From the NCBI GenBank assembly GCA_000934665.2, contig KZ538140.1, forward strand, positions 124,001 through 188,000: a stretch of 64,000 nt of DNA, in the 5' to 3' direction. Under the pieces are notes generated by a model, which saw only the letters and a list, made by a program, of their open reading frames with translations, did no database searches and was not told where the DNA came from. The position numbers were made by a program, and so were the translations under genes. Source of the stretch: Catajapyx aquilonaris. Lineage: Eukaryota. This document shows, piece by piece, positions 14,773 to 28,657 of this stretch (its first letter is position 1; every line of letters starts with the position of its first letter).

Positions 14773-14998
14773 CAGGGTGTTCCAAGTATATTAGTCCTTT
14801 ACTCCTTTTAGTTATAGGAAATTTTGATCCAAGCTTGTTGTGCCCCAATCTAGGTCTCCTATTCTGTTGAAACTGCTACATTCGACTACCTGATAGCACT
14901 TATGCACCTGGATCGGGGAACAACAAGCTATACAAAAATAACTACTTCGGGCGATATCAGTGATAACTAAAAACGACCCACGAACATGGAACACCCTG
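14773..14998. mobile_element. Degenerate Tc1/mariner-type MITE, ~226 bp
   Basis: Ends CAGGGTGTTCCA ... TGGAACACCCTG (12-bp perfect TIR, 14/15 extended). The right end is followed by TA. The left flank reads AC, not TA. Confidence 0.6.
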
Positions 14999-15441
14999 TA
15001 TAAGTCAACGTTTTCTGCCAAAATTATACGTGAATATCAAGCAGAACGTGTATGTGCACATACACGACACATTTGAATGCGTCACACAAATTCAACGTAC
15101 ATGTCCACGTTTTTACGGATGCGCCCATGACTCCTATTTACTCCGTGTAAAAACGGCAACACTGACACGCCCTCTCCTGCCAAAAAGCTCCAAACCTGCG
15201 CGCGCACATACCACGTCACAACCCGTAACCGCACCTGATTAGTCCCCGCCAACCCAACGTTGCCATTTCCACGATCGCTCCCAAAACCTTCCTGTAATAT
15301 CCGGGCTGAATCCACCTGAGTTTCCCAAACCCAGAAACGCGAACCGGGTCGAGCCTCTTTCCCCCCAAATGCACTTGAATTCAGACCCAGCGATCGAAGG
15401 GCTCTCTTTCAAAGTGTGCGAGTGCGGATGTCGCCCCCGCC

Positions 15442-15468
15442 GAGAGAGAGAGAGAGAGAGAGAGAGAG
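15442..15468. repeat. (GA)13 microsatellite
   Basis: Dinucleotide run, read directly. Shorter GA runs lie near 9618, 17006 and 37249. Confidence 0.9.
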
Positions 15469-18400
15469 CGTACCTTTTTTCCCTCTGCGACATTATGTAC
15501 AAAGTGTCCCCTCCTTTTCCTTCCCCCCCCCCCACCTCCTCCTGCTGTAAACTCATTTGAGGGGCACAATGGCCGCCTCTTCCCCGCCGATGCACACCCG
15601 CCTATCGCAGCCAGCCCAACAGGACAGACTACGGCCCGTTGACTCCTGCCGCCTGCAGATTATGGGTCCTCTTCCACCCCCCCACCCAACCCACCCCTTC
15701 CTTTGCTGCCATTTTGGGCCCCGAGGCGCCTTCAAGATCCCTGCCAACGGCCCCATTTCATTCGGGTTTATCTACCGCACTAAGCCTGAGTCTGCACCCC
15801 ACCCCTTCAAAGGAAACCCCCCCCCCCTCTACTATTGCACCCCTTTAATTTCGGAAAAGGGGGGTACTACTCCCCTTGCCTAAAAATCGAAAGTCTGCTC
15901 TAATTGAGACTGTCCTACCCTCCCCTGTCATTAACTTCTTCCTTGATCTGTATTCCGGAGACTTTGGTCAAACAAGAGTAAACCAAGTTGAGAAAACCGT
16001 TCCTGGGGAAACCTTTTCCTCTTCCCCCCCACAGCGAATCTGTGTTGAGGGTATTACGCAGATTTATGAGTAGCCCGGCTGGAAATGGACGTTCCACTAC
16101 AACTGCAAAGCGGCTTGTCGGGTAATTAATTAGTCCGATGGCCATCGACGGGGAGCTGCGAGCAGATAATTCATCAGGACGTAGGCCGCGCATTGGATGA
16201 GTAAGAGCCCCCTGCTATACCCTCCCCCTGTTCCCTCCCCACATATCCACACTGGACCACTCCTCTTCCAACGGTTCTCATGTGAGTGTGTGGCTGCCAC
16301 GTGAAAAATTTTCGGTTACCCGGACAACGCTTTCGCTCGATTTGGGACGCGTCCGAGATGAATTTATTACTAGTCGCGGAGTGGAAATGACGAGTAAAGG
16401 CACAGGACCTATTAAAATGTAGATTTTGTCAACAATGAGAGGGGGGGGGGAGAGAAAAGGTTCCATTACTTGCGGGGGGGTATGCATGTAGTTGAATATT
16501 GCATTAGGCATGTGTTGGCGAATATGCCAGAAGCTAGGAAACTTCCGGGCGGTTCCTTTTTTTCTGTTTTTTTTTTTGAAGGAGTCTGCCGTCTTGGTCG
16601 TTTTTGCCGCCTTTTCTTTTGCGGTAAGTTGTGGAGGCTCCTCGAAAGAGGAGGCGGTCCTTTAGCAATAAAAGTCAAATATCAGACACTCGCCTTGTAA
16701 CGGAGGCGCGAAAAAAAGAGCCAGCTTGGCTAAACCACTTCTTTTACCATGTTCCTAAACCAGTCAAGGGATATACAACAAAAATGGCCTATGTTCACTA
16801 TCTGAATTAGGCAAATCCTCAAGGTGCTCTATATGCCATGATGCAAATCCCATCCAGCCACTGTGCATAACTGAACATCCCTGATCGGTCATTGCAAGTG
16901 AAAGGCAAGCAATTAGTGAGCCTCCCCCAGCCACCCCTCGCCAGGAAGCTGCTCTTGAGGGTCTCCTCGAATCTTGTTGAAGAGCTCAATAAAGTCTTGG
17001 GGAGTGAGAGAGAGAGAGGTGGACCCTCGCAGAGCAGAGAAAGGTAGGGTCTAGAAACGATGAGGAGATCTCCCTAGTGTTGCACGCAGAGAAGGCCGAT
17101 CAAAGGGAGGAGTGGTAATGCGGCTATTCAGCGGTTCGTAATAATGGCATGTTGGATGCAGATGTTTCGATGGGCTTTTGCAGTGTAATTGAAGCATTGT
17201 GTACAGCGGGGTACCTCCAAAACTTGGGTTGAGGAGCAGATTACTGGGGCTTTGAATGGCATAAGCTGTGTTGGTTGCTTCAGTGCAAGGATACCCCTCT
17301 TCTTACTATAGCAGGTTGCTAGCTGCTGCCGGTGAATAAATTAATTTAGGTCTTGTGCCGTGGTGGCTTTGTAGCCTGCTCGTGCGTGCAAACTCATTTT
17401 GTAGTTCAATCAGTGTAGGTTCGTCGAGGCTGCTTTCCCGGAGTGAACTGCGCTTTATTACGGGCAAGGGGGGGATGCCTTTGAAGACATGCGTGCCTCT
17501 AATGGAAGCTAGGGCCTGGAAACGCCTCTTCCTGCGCATTCATTTTGATTGGGAGCCAATCGATGACCAAATCGCGCTTATCTAGTTTCATACGACCCGC
17601 ATGTGCAAGAGAGGGGCTGCATATGTCCCAGCCTGTGGGCGACTCCAAAAACTCCCCAATTCCCTGGCCGGATCTGTGGCATTGGCGGCTTTTCAAGGAT
17701 CCTCGGTGGTCCCGGGTCGCTATCATCCATCAACGCGCTTCATTTTTAGGGCCAGGACCGGCTCTTTCATCTCCATTGAACCATGGGCTCTGGGATTGAC
17801 ATCAGAGTTCGCCAGCTCTCGCAAGTCAACACAAATTATTAAATTTGAAGCTCTTGCTGTGGACTGGATGCTGCTGGGGGGTGGGTTTGGATCACTAATG
17901 CTGATGCTGGGGTGTTTAGCCCATTCCGGAATCAGTCACACAAGAGACGCATTGCCCTCTGAGGATTACACAAATATGTTGTTGCTGAAGTGACTTTATA
18001 GGCACTTGTTGTCCCTACATTGTGACGGTTATAACACTGTAACGGCACATCTTGTTATTTTTACTACGTGCAGGATTAGCAAGTGCCATACTGTAAGGGC
18101 AATAGGCTGCAGTACGTCGAGGATTTAAAACCTCGGACCACCTCACTGTAGCGTCCACACTAATGCACTAGAGCACGTTTTGTGGTGAAATTTACTTTAT
18201 AAAAGCAACGGCATTACATTTTGCAAAACCCTTTACCAGCAGTGTTGTCATCAACTTATGACACAGTATGCGACTGTATGACCATGGCACATTTAATATT
18301 CAGGTCTCTTTAAACAAACACCATTGCCAAGTTTTCATTGGCGCTGCAGGCCTGAAACTCGATTTTGCAAAATTTGGCAGGTTTTGACTAGCGACCCTCA

Positions 18401-19091
18401 TTAGTTGTTATTTTAATGAATCTCCAGAGAACCAACCTGAGAAGTGTGCATATGCTCCGAATTACCCAAACTGCAGCAGTTTCCGCACTTTTGGAGGGTA
18501 GGTATATAGTCTGGACCCCCCACCAAAAAATGAACACTGCAGTGATGACCACGACCCGAGTTTTGTCTCGCCTTCGGCCCAGTTTGCCTTAATTATTAAT
18601 TTCAAACAGGGCTCATTGGGTCCTAGTCCAGGGAGCTAATGGCACTGGAAGAGAATCGCCCCCTCCCCTAGTTCAACCACCCCCCTTGAAAATCGCTGCC
18701 GGGGCTTTCCCAAATACCCAACTTCTGTGGATGGTAGGGGGAAGGAGGAGGGGAGGGGGAAGCAGGTGGAGGCTGCAAAAAGGGGGATTCTGCAGGCGGT
18801 TTCTCGGGCCGAGGTGTTGAGAAGGGATCTGTCCTACACTAACACTTACACTTAACCACCGTTGCGATTTAGTCCTGCGGGAAATGGGAGGGTCATTAGA
18901 AGCCTTCCCTATCCTCCTGCACGCCTAGCTATCGCCCGGATTAAGACCCCTACATTCATCACCAGATTTATTTCTGCAAACTGCAATAGGATTAACCATA
19001 TGAATTTTTGAAATTTTGGGAGAAAATGCCACTGTTTAGAATTTGGTACTGCAAGAAGAAATGCACACAGTCAAATTGGTACTTACGACGG

Positions 19092-19154
<63 letters not shown>
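19092..19154. repeat. (GTA)21 microsatellite
   Basis: Perfect trinucleotide run, read directly. Confidence 0.95.
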
Positions 19155-19499
19155 AAATATTTCGAAAAGCAGCAAAAAAATTCAATGTAAGTTGTGCAAG
19201 TCACCCAGTAGAAGTTAACATTCACGACGCGAGTGGAGGCTGAAGTTTTGGGCCATATTCAACTCTGGTTTTAGAGGAGCTGCCATAGGAAGGTGACGGA
19301 GGATAAGTAAACCTAGTAGCCAACTAACTCTGCTGGGGAGAGAGAGAAGGATCTTCTCCTGGAAGTTCCCCCCCCCCCCCTCACATCGCAAGCACCAACT
19401 CTCTACCTCTCTGCCAAGCAAGCAAACATTTTGGCGGAGTACAACTTTTCAAGCCGATTCCGACAGCAGAAAAGAGAGGGGGAAGGTAGGGAAGGGAGA

Positions 19500-19523
19500 G
19501 GGAGGGAGGGAGGGAGGGAGGGA
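19500..19523 (+). repeat. (GGGA)6 tract, G-quadruplex-capable
   Basis: Six GGG runs separated by single A. Confidence 0.8.
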
Positions 19524-21590
19524 GAGATGGGAATGACAAGCTAGCAGGCCATGGATTTAGCACGGATATTCCTCCGACGAGCCGAGAAACCTGCTTTTGG
19601 ATGCTCCAGGTTTCCTAAGGGTAATCCTCGGCTGCAATATGCTGATCATTCCACATTTATGTTTACATTTTCCAAGCCGCCCTCTCTCTCTCTCTCTACT
19701 TGCATGCAATTTGGGGGTCTGGAGGGATGGAGTGGAGTGAGAGAAAGCTTTGCTGCAGTTTTGACCGCATTGTAGCAGAGGCTTGCGGCCACCGGCAAAT
19801 TTGTTTTCGCGGAATTTCATTCGCGTGATGGATTCTTGCGAAATCTAATGTGCCATGTAAAGTGGGCATGTTTTCCGAGATTGACTGACGACTTGAAGGT
19901 GGTGCGACCAGTTGAATATTTGAAGATTAGGTGAAAATATTGTGATGAAATAATTGTTAAATATTATTGGGGGCCACTTCAAACATGTAATGAAATGCAC
20001 TAGGGGCATACATGCTATGGGTTTTTAAGTGTTTGAAAATGAAGTGAAATGGTGTGTGATTTTTATAATATCTATGGGTATAGATGAACATTTTTATGAG
20101 CGCAACCGCACATTGTTTCCAACACTCAGCTTCAGGGAGTAACAGTATGGCCGTCTTTTGCAACGTTGCCATACTCTGAGAGGCTACCTGGTGTGAATTC
20201 GGCTCCTGATGAGTAACTGTGGCAACGGTGCTGTCGGAACAATGGACTTGCGCGGATGTGGTTGCGCACTCGGCTGCATTCGTAATAAAAATCAACTATA
20301 ATATACCGTATTTTTAAAAATTTCTGAGAATTTAAAAATGTTGATACAACTCACCCTACAGTATAGCCCTGTTTGTTATTCATTTCTGTCAACACTTTTG
20401 CAAACACGCGATTTCTCTAGAGATTGCATACTTTCAAAATTCCAACCTCAAATGCCATCATCATGCATTTTTCTGCGAAAAATCAAGAAAACAGACAGCT
20501 GGCTTCGAGACAGCCAAGTACAGCTTATCTGCACATGTCGCGCATTAAAATGACTACGAAATCAGCCGATTTCCCTCAATTTTCTTCACGCAGCAAACCA
20601 ATCCTGGGGTTTCCCGCGGTTTACATTCCATCCACAAAAACCGACAACCTCCTGGCTCAAAAGTGCTCCTTAAGTGCTTCTGGCAAAGATGGATTCTTTC
20701 AACCACAGAAAACTCAGCAACCTACCAAAAAAAAAGAGGCTAGCGACACGAGAAAAAGGACCAGAGCTTGTCGACTTCCAACAGACTTGACATTATCCCG
20801 AGTGGCTTCCTTATCTAGCCTCTGGAACCGGATAAAAACACAGCCTATGCCCCCCATTCGCGAGTAATTTAAACCGAGTGGCATTTGTTCCCGTGAACAA
20901 GCTAGCGAAATGAACCCCAAAGTACCTTCATTACCGCATTTTTTACCCCACTGTGAAATCCTCTCCTTTTTTTTCTACCCCAGCTCGGTGCAGTCAGAGT
21001 CCGAAATGGAATTGGCACATGTGTCAGGATGGACTTTACATATGGTCACTGACACCATGGGCCAGCCAGCCAGAGAAAGAGGAGAGGGGGGGGGGGAAAT
21101 GTTGGCCAATTAGCGCTCTTTCTGACATGCAGTTTTAAGCTGGGCAAAAATGTCACCGGTATAACTCTAGGGGTTATTAAAATGTAGAAATTTTGTGGAG
21201 AGGGCTCCATCTGGTGCCTGTTTAATGTGGGGAGAGTCTGGAATCCTTCTAACTATTTTCTGGCCGAGATATTTTTGGCGATTTAATAGACTAGATGGAG
21301 CGTGCTAAAAAAGGGCGTTTTAAAACGAGCTGGCGGGCATGGTAGGAATCAAGAGCGGTTTATCTTAATTAATTTAATAGCCTCGTGATCATTAACGGGG
21401 CATCGAAATGATGCTGGATCTCATTAAAGGTACGCTAAATGGAGGTGAAGCACACTGTTACAATGTGTTTGGAAAATACCGGTATGTCTTGTACCGTACT
21501 AGAACTGCTAATCCGGCGTTGCCCGGATGCACACAGACCACAATGCTAGGTAATAAAACGCAACGTTTGCAGCACTTGATGTAATTACTG

Positions 21591-21698
21591 CGCAAAAAGT
21601 GTAGCTCTAAAAGACTGGAAAACACCATTTAATTCAAAAGTAACTGTTTAAAAATAAGCAACAGAGCCAAAAACGTATAGTTCAATTGGAACATCCTG
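21591..21698. mobile_element. Right-end fragment of a mariner-type MITE related to 14773-14998
   Basis: TGGAACATCCTG+TA at 21687-21700 matches that element's right TIR at 11/12. Internal pieces recur elsewhere: 21641-21660 vs 6310-6329 (19/20), and AAAGTGTAGCTCT at 21596-21608 and 4134-4146. Confidence 0.45.
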
Positions 21699-23553
21699 TA
21701 CAGCCTACAGTCATTATCAAAACAAGCCTACCTTACTTTATCAAAAGTGTGTAATTCCTGGTTACTCAATGCTAAATTCGTATTTACAATATAATTATTA
21801 TGAACGTTTTCACCTCGGGTCCAACTCCTATTGGGAAGGTCACCTGGACCGTGAAGAGACTCACTAAATATTAAATTCATGTTTTTTGGAGTGTTTGACC
21901 AAAAGAAGGTAGCCTTGTAATGATAATGGGAAGAAAGTCAGAAAACTGCTTATTTTCCCATTACTTTAACATCTCTGTATTCTATGTCAACAGTCTGCCT
22001 GAGACACATCTTATGCGATGCTAACAGGAACCACGCCCCTCTGGGTGTGTTCTAAAGTAAGCACCGTGGAGGTTACAGACAGATTAATAACACAGGATAA
22101 CGGACACACAAAAAATGGTACAATTACGGTGGAAAATTTTGCACAAAATTGATCAGCTCGTTATCTGGGCGCGAAGCCTTCCCCCCTCCCGGTGACCGCA
22201 TGCTGACCTCAAGTCCAGGGCGATTAAAATTTGATTACCAAAACCTGCATTGTCTTAGCCTGGAATTCTGAATGGAAGTGGGCTGGCCCGGGGAATAAGA
22301 GGGTGGAGGGTGGGCTTAAATAGCCGGAAAAATCCAGGGAGCAATTTTGTTAACCCCTGGCTATTATGCCGTAAACAAAAGAAAATGTGAGGTATGAGAC
22401 AAGGTTGATGTTTCGTCCCTCGGGAGTAATTACGAGGCTCCACTAACGTCACATGTATACCTGGCACGGTTTTTTTCTCTCCAATAAATATGTACAGTAT
22501 ACATATGAGCAATTTTTGTTGCCAGTCCTCGCTTTTGAAAGACACGCCACATTTACGTGTGTTTACATTTTATCTTTAGCCGTCCTAAAATTAATTCCAA
22601 GGGAGTAGTAGCACTAGAGTAAGCAAATTAAACTCGACTATCCCCCCCCCCCCATCCCACCCTGAAACCGCCAAGACTAATTGAACTTAAGTGACCCGGA
22701 GCGGAATCGCAGGCAAATTTGTTGTACGGATTATTCCTACGGGTGGACCATGGTCAGCGATAAACCGAAAACTCGGGGTAATGGAACATATTTTAAGATC
22801 ATAACGTTGCGGGGAAGGTACATATTCCCTCACGTGCAAGTACAGTGCTGGGAGAGGAGTTTTTATAATAAAAAAAGTGTGGTTGGGGATGCTGATGACC
22901 CAAGTTGGGGTTGTTCTCGGGGGCAAATAGCCCTCCATGTTTGCTTTCCCTCCAACCCCATGTGTACCAACACCCAACTTTATGTTTGCTCCTAACCTGC
23001 GAATTTGCATCTGAGACCTCCTTGCCTCACTTTGTTGCAGCTCACGTGTAATCACTTTTCGAGCTAATAGTGGAGTGCGAGCGACATATTCTTTGGACGC
23101 GGCTTCTTATTTAGCATAATGTTATGTAAACTCGTATCATGCAAATTGCACTTTTTGGTAACGCGGCCAAGGAACATTTTACTGCATGCAGCGGTAGCTA
23201 TGGCACGTATTTCCAACCGTGTCATCTCCTCTGTAGGCAGCTATTGGTCCTCTTCAAGCATGCGTCCTCGAAGGCACTCCCTTTTTAACGACTATACCCG
23301 TTCTTTCAAAGAGCATATTAGGCCCATTTATTCGCAGTATTTAAAACAGCTACTTTTATCAGTATGTTATAAATAACTGCTAATATTTGAGTGAATCACA
23401 CCTCCTTTCTAAAGATGTCAATTCAATATACGAGTAAGTTACTTGCAATATTCGCTGCTAATAATTTTAACAGTAGCTGCTTACAAATACTGTACTGTAC
23501 AAATTGCTAATCATTACGAATAATTCAGTTGGCATACACTATAGGCATAAACA

Positions 23554-23804
23554 TTTTCGAGCGTTTTTCCACTCGATTTAAGTGATTTTCACTCTTTCGC
23601 CTACTTGATTTGACCCCCACCATTTTTGACTGAAAATCACTCGGTCACTTGAGTGTAAATTTTCGCTCACTCATTTTCCCCTCTCATTTCGAGTAATATT
23701 CCACTCGATTAGAGTTAAAGTAAATCTTTCCGACCGAGTGAAATTCACTCAAAACGAGCATTTCGCGAAATTTCTCATTTTTTGAGTGAAATTTTCACTC
23801 GATT
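23554..23804. repeat. Internally repetitive, palindromic GAGTGAAA/TTTCACTC element (probable non-autonomous DNA transposon relic)
   Basis: TTCCACTCGATT at 23567-23578 and 23699-23710. Hairpins GAGTGAA-A-TTCACTC (23736-23750) and GAGTGAAA-T-TTTCACTC (23784-23800). A similar segment occurs at 42993-43020. Confidence 0.55.
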
Positions 23805-25822
23805 TTTAAAAAGAGATATATAATAAAGCAGGTACAAGAATATGGTCCAGTGTTCGACGTGACTTTTGGCGTTGACAACGATGTTTCCGTCTCCTCATTT
23901 ATATTCCATAAATTTTGAAAAGAGGGGGGGGAGGGAGGTGTCCCCCTGAAATAATAGGAGTTGCACATGTCCCCGGATGATTCACGCCAGTTTTCTAATG
24001 CGTGACTCGCAGCTGTAAATCCCGTCGGTTTTACGTGAGTTTGCTGCAAAGTACTGTTACACATAGTTAGTTTTGAAACCCCCCACCTCCTCCTCCCCCC
24101 TCCTTATAATTAAGCAGGTGCTGCGTCAGCAGGTGACACTTCATCCTTTCCCTAACGGTCCTAAGGAAGGCGCCTCGGGATTTGCTGAGGGACGGTTTGG
24201 TCCACCGCCTACATTTTAAGTCTTCCTGCTCCCAGAGAGAGAGACGTGCGAGCATTGTTGGAGTCTAGGGAGTAGGTTTGTGGCGTAACTGGTCGGGGAG
24301 GGAGGCTTGGGTTTCCAGCTGAAATAATAGTTGCGGCTTTCGCTCCAGATCCAACTGCGTGATCGTCAGAGAGTGTTTTCTGAAGCCAGGATTCAGGAGA
24401 GCGAAATAATGATAGCGTAGGAACAGTATAATGCAGTAGAAAGTGTTGCTATACTTCTTTTTTTTAAAGTCATCCTTTGAGACATATGACTTCATGGTGT
24501 AGATTAATCTTGGTCTACTATTGTTGTCGTAAGAAAAAGGGAGAAATGTCAGGAAATGGATGTAAAATCTCATGCAGAATTGACCCGTCACCAACGTGCA
24601 TGACTACCACTTTCCCTCTGAGCGTGGCAGTAGTGTGCAGAGAGGGAGCTTGTGAGCCACCTGGTAGTATCATTTCATACGTCCAAATGAGGGTAAGTTT
24701 AGGCAGCGGTAACTCTCGTTATAGAAGATAAATTAAAGCAATGTAATTTATTACAGAAAGTTTCAGTGATATTAAGTGTTGGACAGTTCGGATTGATAAA
24801 TAATGCATATACATATGCCAAACGCAATTTTACGTTTACATCCGGCATGTGAAGGAAGCCTGCTGGGCAAATAGTTTAAAAATATCCCAGGCTGAACCAA
24901 TATTTAAAGACACCTGACATGACGAGCACTGCAAATGATGCGAGTCTACATATCTGTTCGCCTCAACTATGTTTCCCCCGCTCGGAGAATACAGCTATAA
25001 AGCGAATGACTCATTCTGGGGGCGCATAAAAAGACGTGTTGCAGCACACAAAGTAAGGTAACATTACAGATAACCCGGAATGTGACTAGCAGAGCTATAC
25101 ACAAGCATGCCCTGGGGGCTCACAACTATTGGCTTGATTTAGAGTTTGCAGTTGCGCTAGTCGCCCACACAGAGGAAGAGACTATTAAGGGCCGGGAGAG
25201 AGAGAAAAGGGGAGGGGGAAAAAAAAGAGCAGCATGGGTTAGAAACTTGTTGGAAAAAAACAGCCATTCTAGAGAGGTGCTGGTTGTAATTAAATTAACG
25301 GGTAAATTCAGGTTCAATGGTGCAACAAAACAAACGAGGGTGTATAGGTTACGCAAGATGTGCGCGTATTATGCATCCAGTGCAGTTTCGACAATGGGTC
25401 TGGCTGGAGTCCAGGATTTTGTACCATGTCTGCCTTTGTTGCTGGCCCAGTTTAGATGTTGCGTTGGTTAGCTTCTTTTGCTGGTAGGCTACTCTAGCAT
25501 TAGTAGCTGGCAAACCTTACCACGTACAATACTAGATGTCTTTAAAATATATTTTGGGACAGACGTATCCTGGTACGATGCAACCAACGGCACTCGCCTA
25601 TGACAGGTATACAATCGTACAGTATACACAAGTAAGCCAATCGTATGTGGAATCGGTGTAGTTGAATTATGAAGCCCATCAATCACCTCAGTAGAAAATA
25701 CATTTAACAAATTAAATGTAATAATATTAATGATGTAATATATCATAATAAATGCACGCTTGAATGCACGCGTGTAATATTAATAAAACTATTAAATGAA
25801 TCCTTAACCATCGATTATTAAT

Positions 25823-25823
<1 letters not shown>

Positions 25824-25895
<72 letters not shown>
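25824..25895. repeat. (TAA)24 microsatellite
   Basis: Perfect trinucleotide run, read directly. Confidence 0.95.
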
Positions 25896-25898
<3 letters not shown>

Positions 25899-28612
25899 GT
25901 AATAATATGCAAATTTCTGTAAAAATTATCTTTCATGAGCGGAATTTGAAATTATTTTTATCACTTGAAGTGGATAAAACGTTAACAGTGCGACACTTGC
26001 TTTGCTTTTCACTGTACAACAAACTGAGGAATAGTCTTTGGCTTCACTGAGAAATTATCTCGTATGAGTGGATTAGCCTTAGCTGAGGCCAGACACTACA
26101 GCACTTGAGGTAGGTTAGTGACCACGGATGTTCCTCCGGCTAGCCGAATGAGATCACAGGTGTCCATTATATGGAGGAGCGCGGACGCAATTAAATTAAA
26201 TTCTGCGTTTCCAACACCATGTCCCTCCGACCCCTGTTGCGTGGATTGCTTTGGATATGTTCCAACAAAAGTGCGAGGCCTGAGATGGTCGTCGAGAGGA
26301 AGGAAGAAGATGGCGTCGGTAGTGGGTGTAGTCAAGTGTGGTGTGTGGTGGAAGTGCTGCTGGTTGGTTTGGTGTGGGGGGGAGAGAGGGTTCCAAGTTG
26401 GGGTGGGCATTGCATACACAAGTACGTCATTAAATAAACGTCCTTATTTCAGAGGAGAGGGCTCGTTATGTCATCTCGCTGCGGTGGGTGATTCGCTTTT
26501 GTTTTCCCCGAGTGGTGTAATGGCAGCTGCAGTGCTCCGAATTAATGCGCATAGATAAGTTATTCAAATGAGCGAGGATGGGCCCGCCCACGGGGCTCCG
26601 GGGACTATATGTACAGATATGGATGGTGGGAGGGGGAGGACTATGGCATCAGGGGGGGAAAAGGGTGGACGTCTATTGAGGGTCAGGCGATGGTTCCTAT
26701 TGTTGATACGCTGCTGCATTTTGTCCCCCTCAAAAAATGTGGGGAGGAGCATACATTCGAGCACAAAAATTGGGAGTACGGATTATGCATAGAGTTGTGA
26801 TATCCGGAAATAAAAATGGTTATTACTTTTTGGTGCTCTGCTTTCCGTGGGTTGTTAGGCCTACTAATGATAGGCTTTTGTCACATGAATTTTGTTGATG
26901 AATATTAGGTACACCTTTTTTTGCTTTACAAATGTTACCGGTTCACTTCTTTGAAGGGATTGTTTAAAATATTACTCAACTTGCCTGGCCGAATAATTTG
27001 ATAAAACATGCGGTCATAATAATTTGTTTTTAAAAAACAACTGTGCACTGCATTGCTGATTATAATCTTCCAATCATTTGGACCATTGAGTGCAGCTTCG
27101 GTAATACGTCAAATCTATGCATCTACACGACATTCCCCTCAATTATTGTCAACAAGTCACTTCTCATGTGTTATTACTACAGAGACATAACTTGAAGTGT
27201 GCAAGCTTAGCTCATTTCGGCTTTCTCAACTTAATTATTTCTCGTAATTACTGTGTAATGAATTTGGTTAATTGACTCTAGATGAACTGCGTATGAAATT
27301 TTATTACCTTCACTTCGCACTTCAGTAATAATTGTAATTCGTAATGGGCTTACAGTACTGGTAACATGTTGTGGTGTGTTTTGGAAGGGGAAAAAAAATA
27401 CGCTGGGAGTTTTATTTTCTGAAATGAATCATAAAATAACATGAGCCTAAGCACTGTACATTGCAAGTTACTAACGTAACGATCAAAGAATGATTTTACC
27501 GCAACTGCGGCATGCTCTGAAGTCCCCATAAATCCCACGCTCAAATCCGCATTTCAATCCTCAACACCTTTGTCACATCTGGGTGCCAAATCTCCAACAA
27601 TAAGGTAATAAAATAATCCCATTTATTTTCCTTTCTCCCCAACATCCTAGTACTTTCCTCTTTTTTTCTGGTTTCAAATGACAGCTGAGTGTCAGGCGAC
27701 ACTTCCTCCATCCCCATCCATTCCCCTCACCCTTCTCCTCCATTCCCACCCACCTCCTTCTTCCCTGACTCTGAGGAGTCCTTCCTTTGCCTCGTCCTCT
27801 TTCCTTTTCCTCTCTTACTCAGCTCAGATGGTAATGAGAAGCCTTGCCCGACTACGGTTCCCGCTTGCTTAATGAGGGATCAGTGATTAGTCTTGTTAAT
27901 GAACAAGTTGAGAGGGAAGAGGTGGGGCCATGTGGGCGTGGATGGGTGGGTGGGTTGATGGGTACGTGGAAGAATAAGGAACTATCGCCCAAAAAAAAGA
28001 AGTTTTTGGTGCAACGTGTGACAGATAAAACCCCAATATGCTGCTAGGTTCAATCTTAGAATATCCGATATTTTATGTCCAAAGTTCTCTGCGGGTTTGA
28101 TGATCTTGAATTTTTTGCTTCAAATACTGGATATAATTTTGCAGTGATGAAAACGTACTTTCGTCCTAATATTTCACGAAGGATTCATATAGTTCACATG
28201 CATCACCGTTATCAAAGCTCGGTACACTTTGTGGGATTCCGGTTCTATTTTAGTTCATACTGGAAATCGAGTTTGTGCACACACACAAAAAATGGTCCAG
28301 CTAAAGAAACGTAGTGCTTCGCTGCCTCTGGCTTGGTAGGGATAAATCAGGCTGCAGCACAGTCCTGGGTCCGATAACCTCCAAAGACAGTCGGCGGTGG
28401 AGAGGGGTCAAGCGGTGACCTCGTAAATGAAACCCGTCGTGATTCCTGCCAGCGATTGCTCTCCCAATGTTCCAGGGGGGAAAAAGAAGCCCCTGCCGAG
28501 ACCATTCTCTTTTAGTTAGCTGGAGGCTGGGAGAGATGATGTTGCATCGACTCATATCGATTTCATCTGAAGATCGATGACATTTTTAAATATGACTTTC
28601 TTATTGTTCCAG

Positions 28613-28657
28613 GTGACCAGCTTCTACCTACAGAAGGCGCCATTTCGTCCATACAAG
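28613..28657 (+). other. Candidate 45-nt frame-preserving exon
   Basis: ctttcttattgttccAG|GTGACC...TACAAG|GTAGGC. Open as VTSFYLQKAPFRPYK (phase 0) or xDQLLPTEGAISSIQx (phase 1). Confidence 0.4.

Noticed and set aside
18992..19243. ORFs with poly-T/V/S tracts (also poly-Y at 25727-25936 and poly-E/R/K at 29033-29328)
   Set aside because: Translations of microsatellites.
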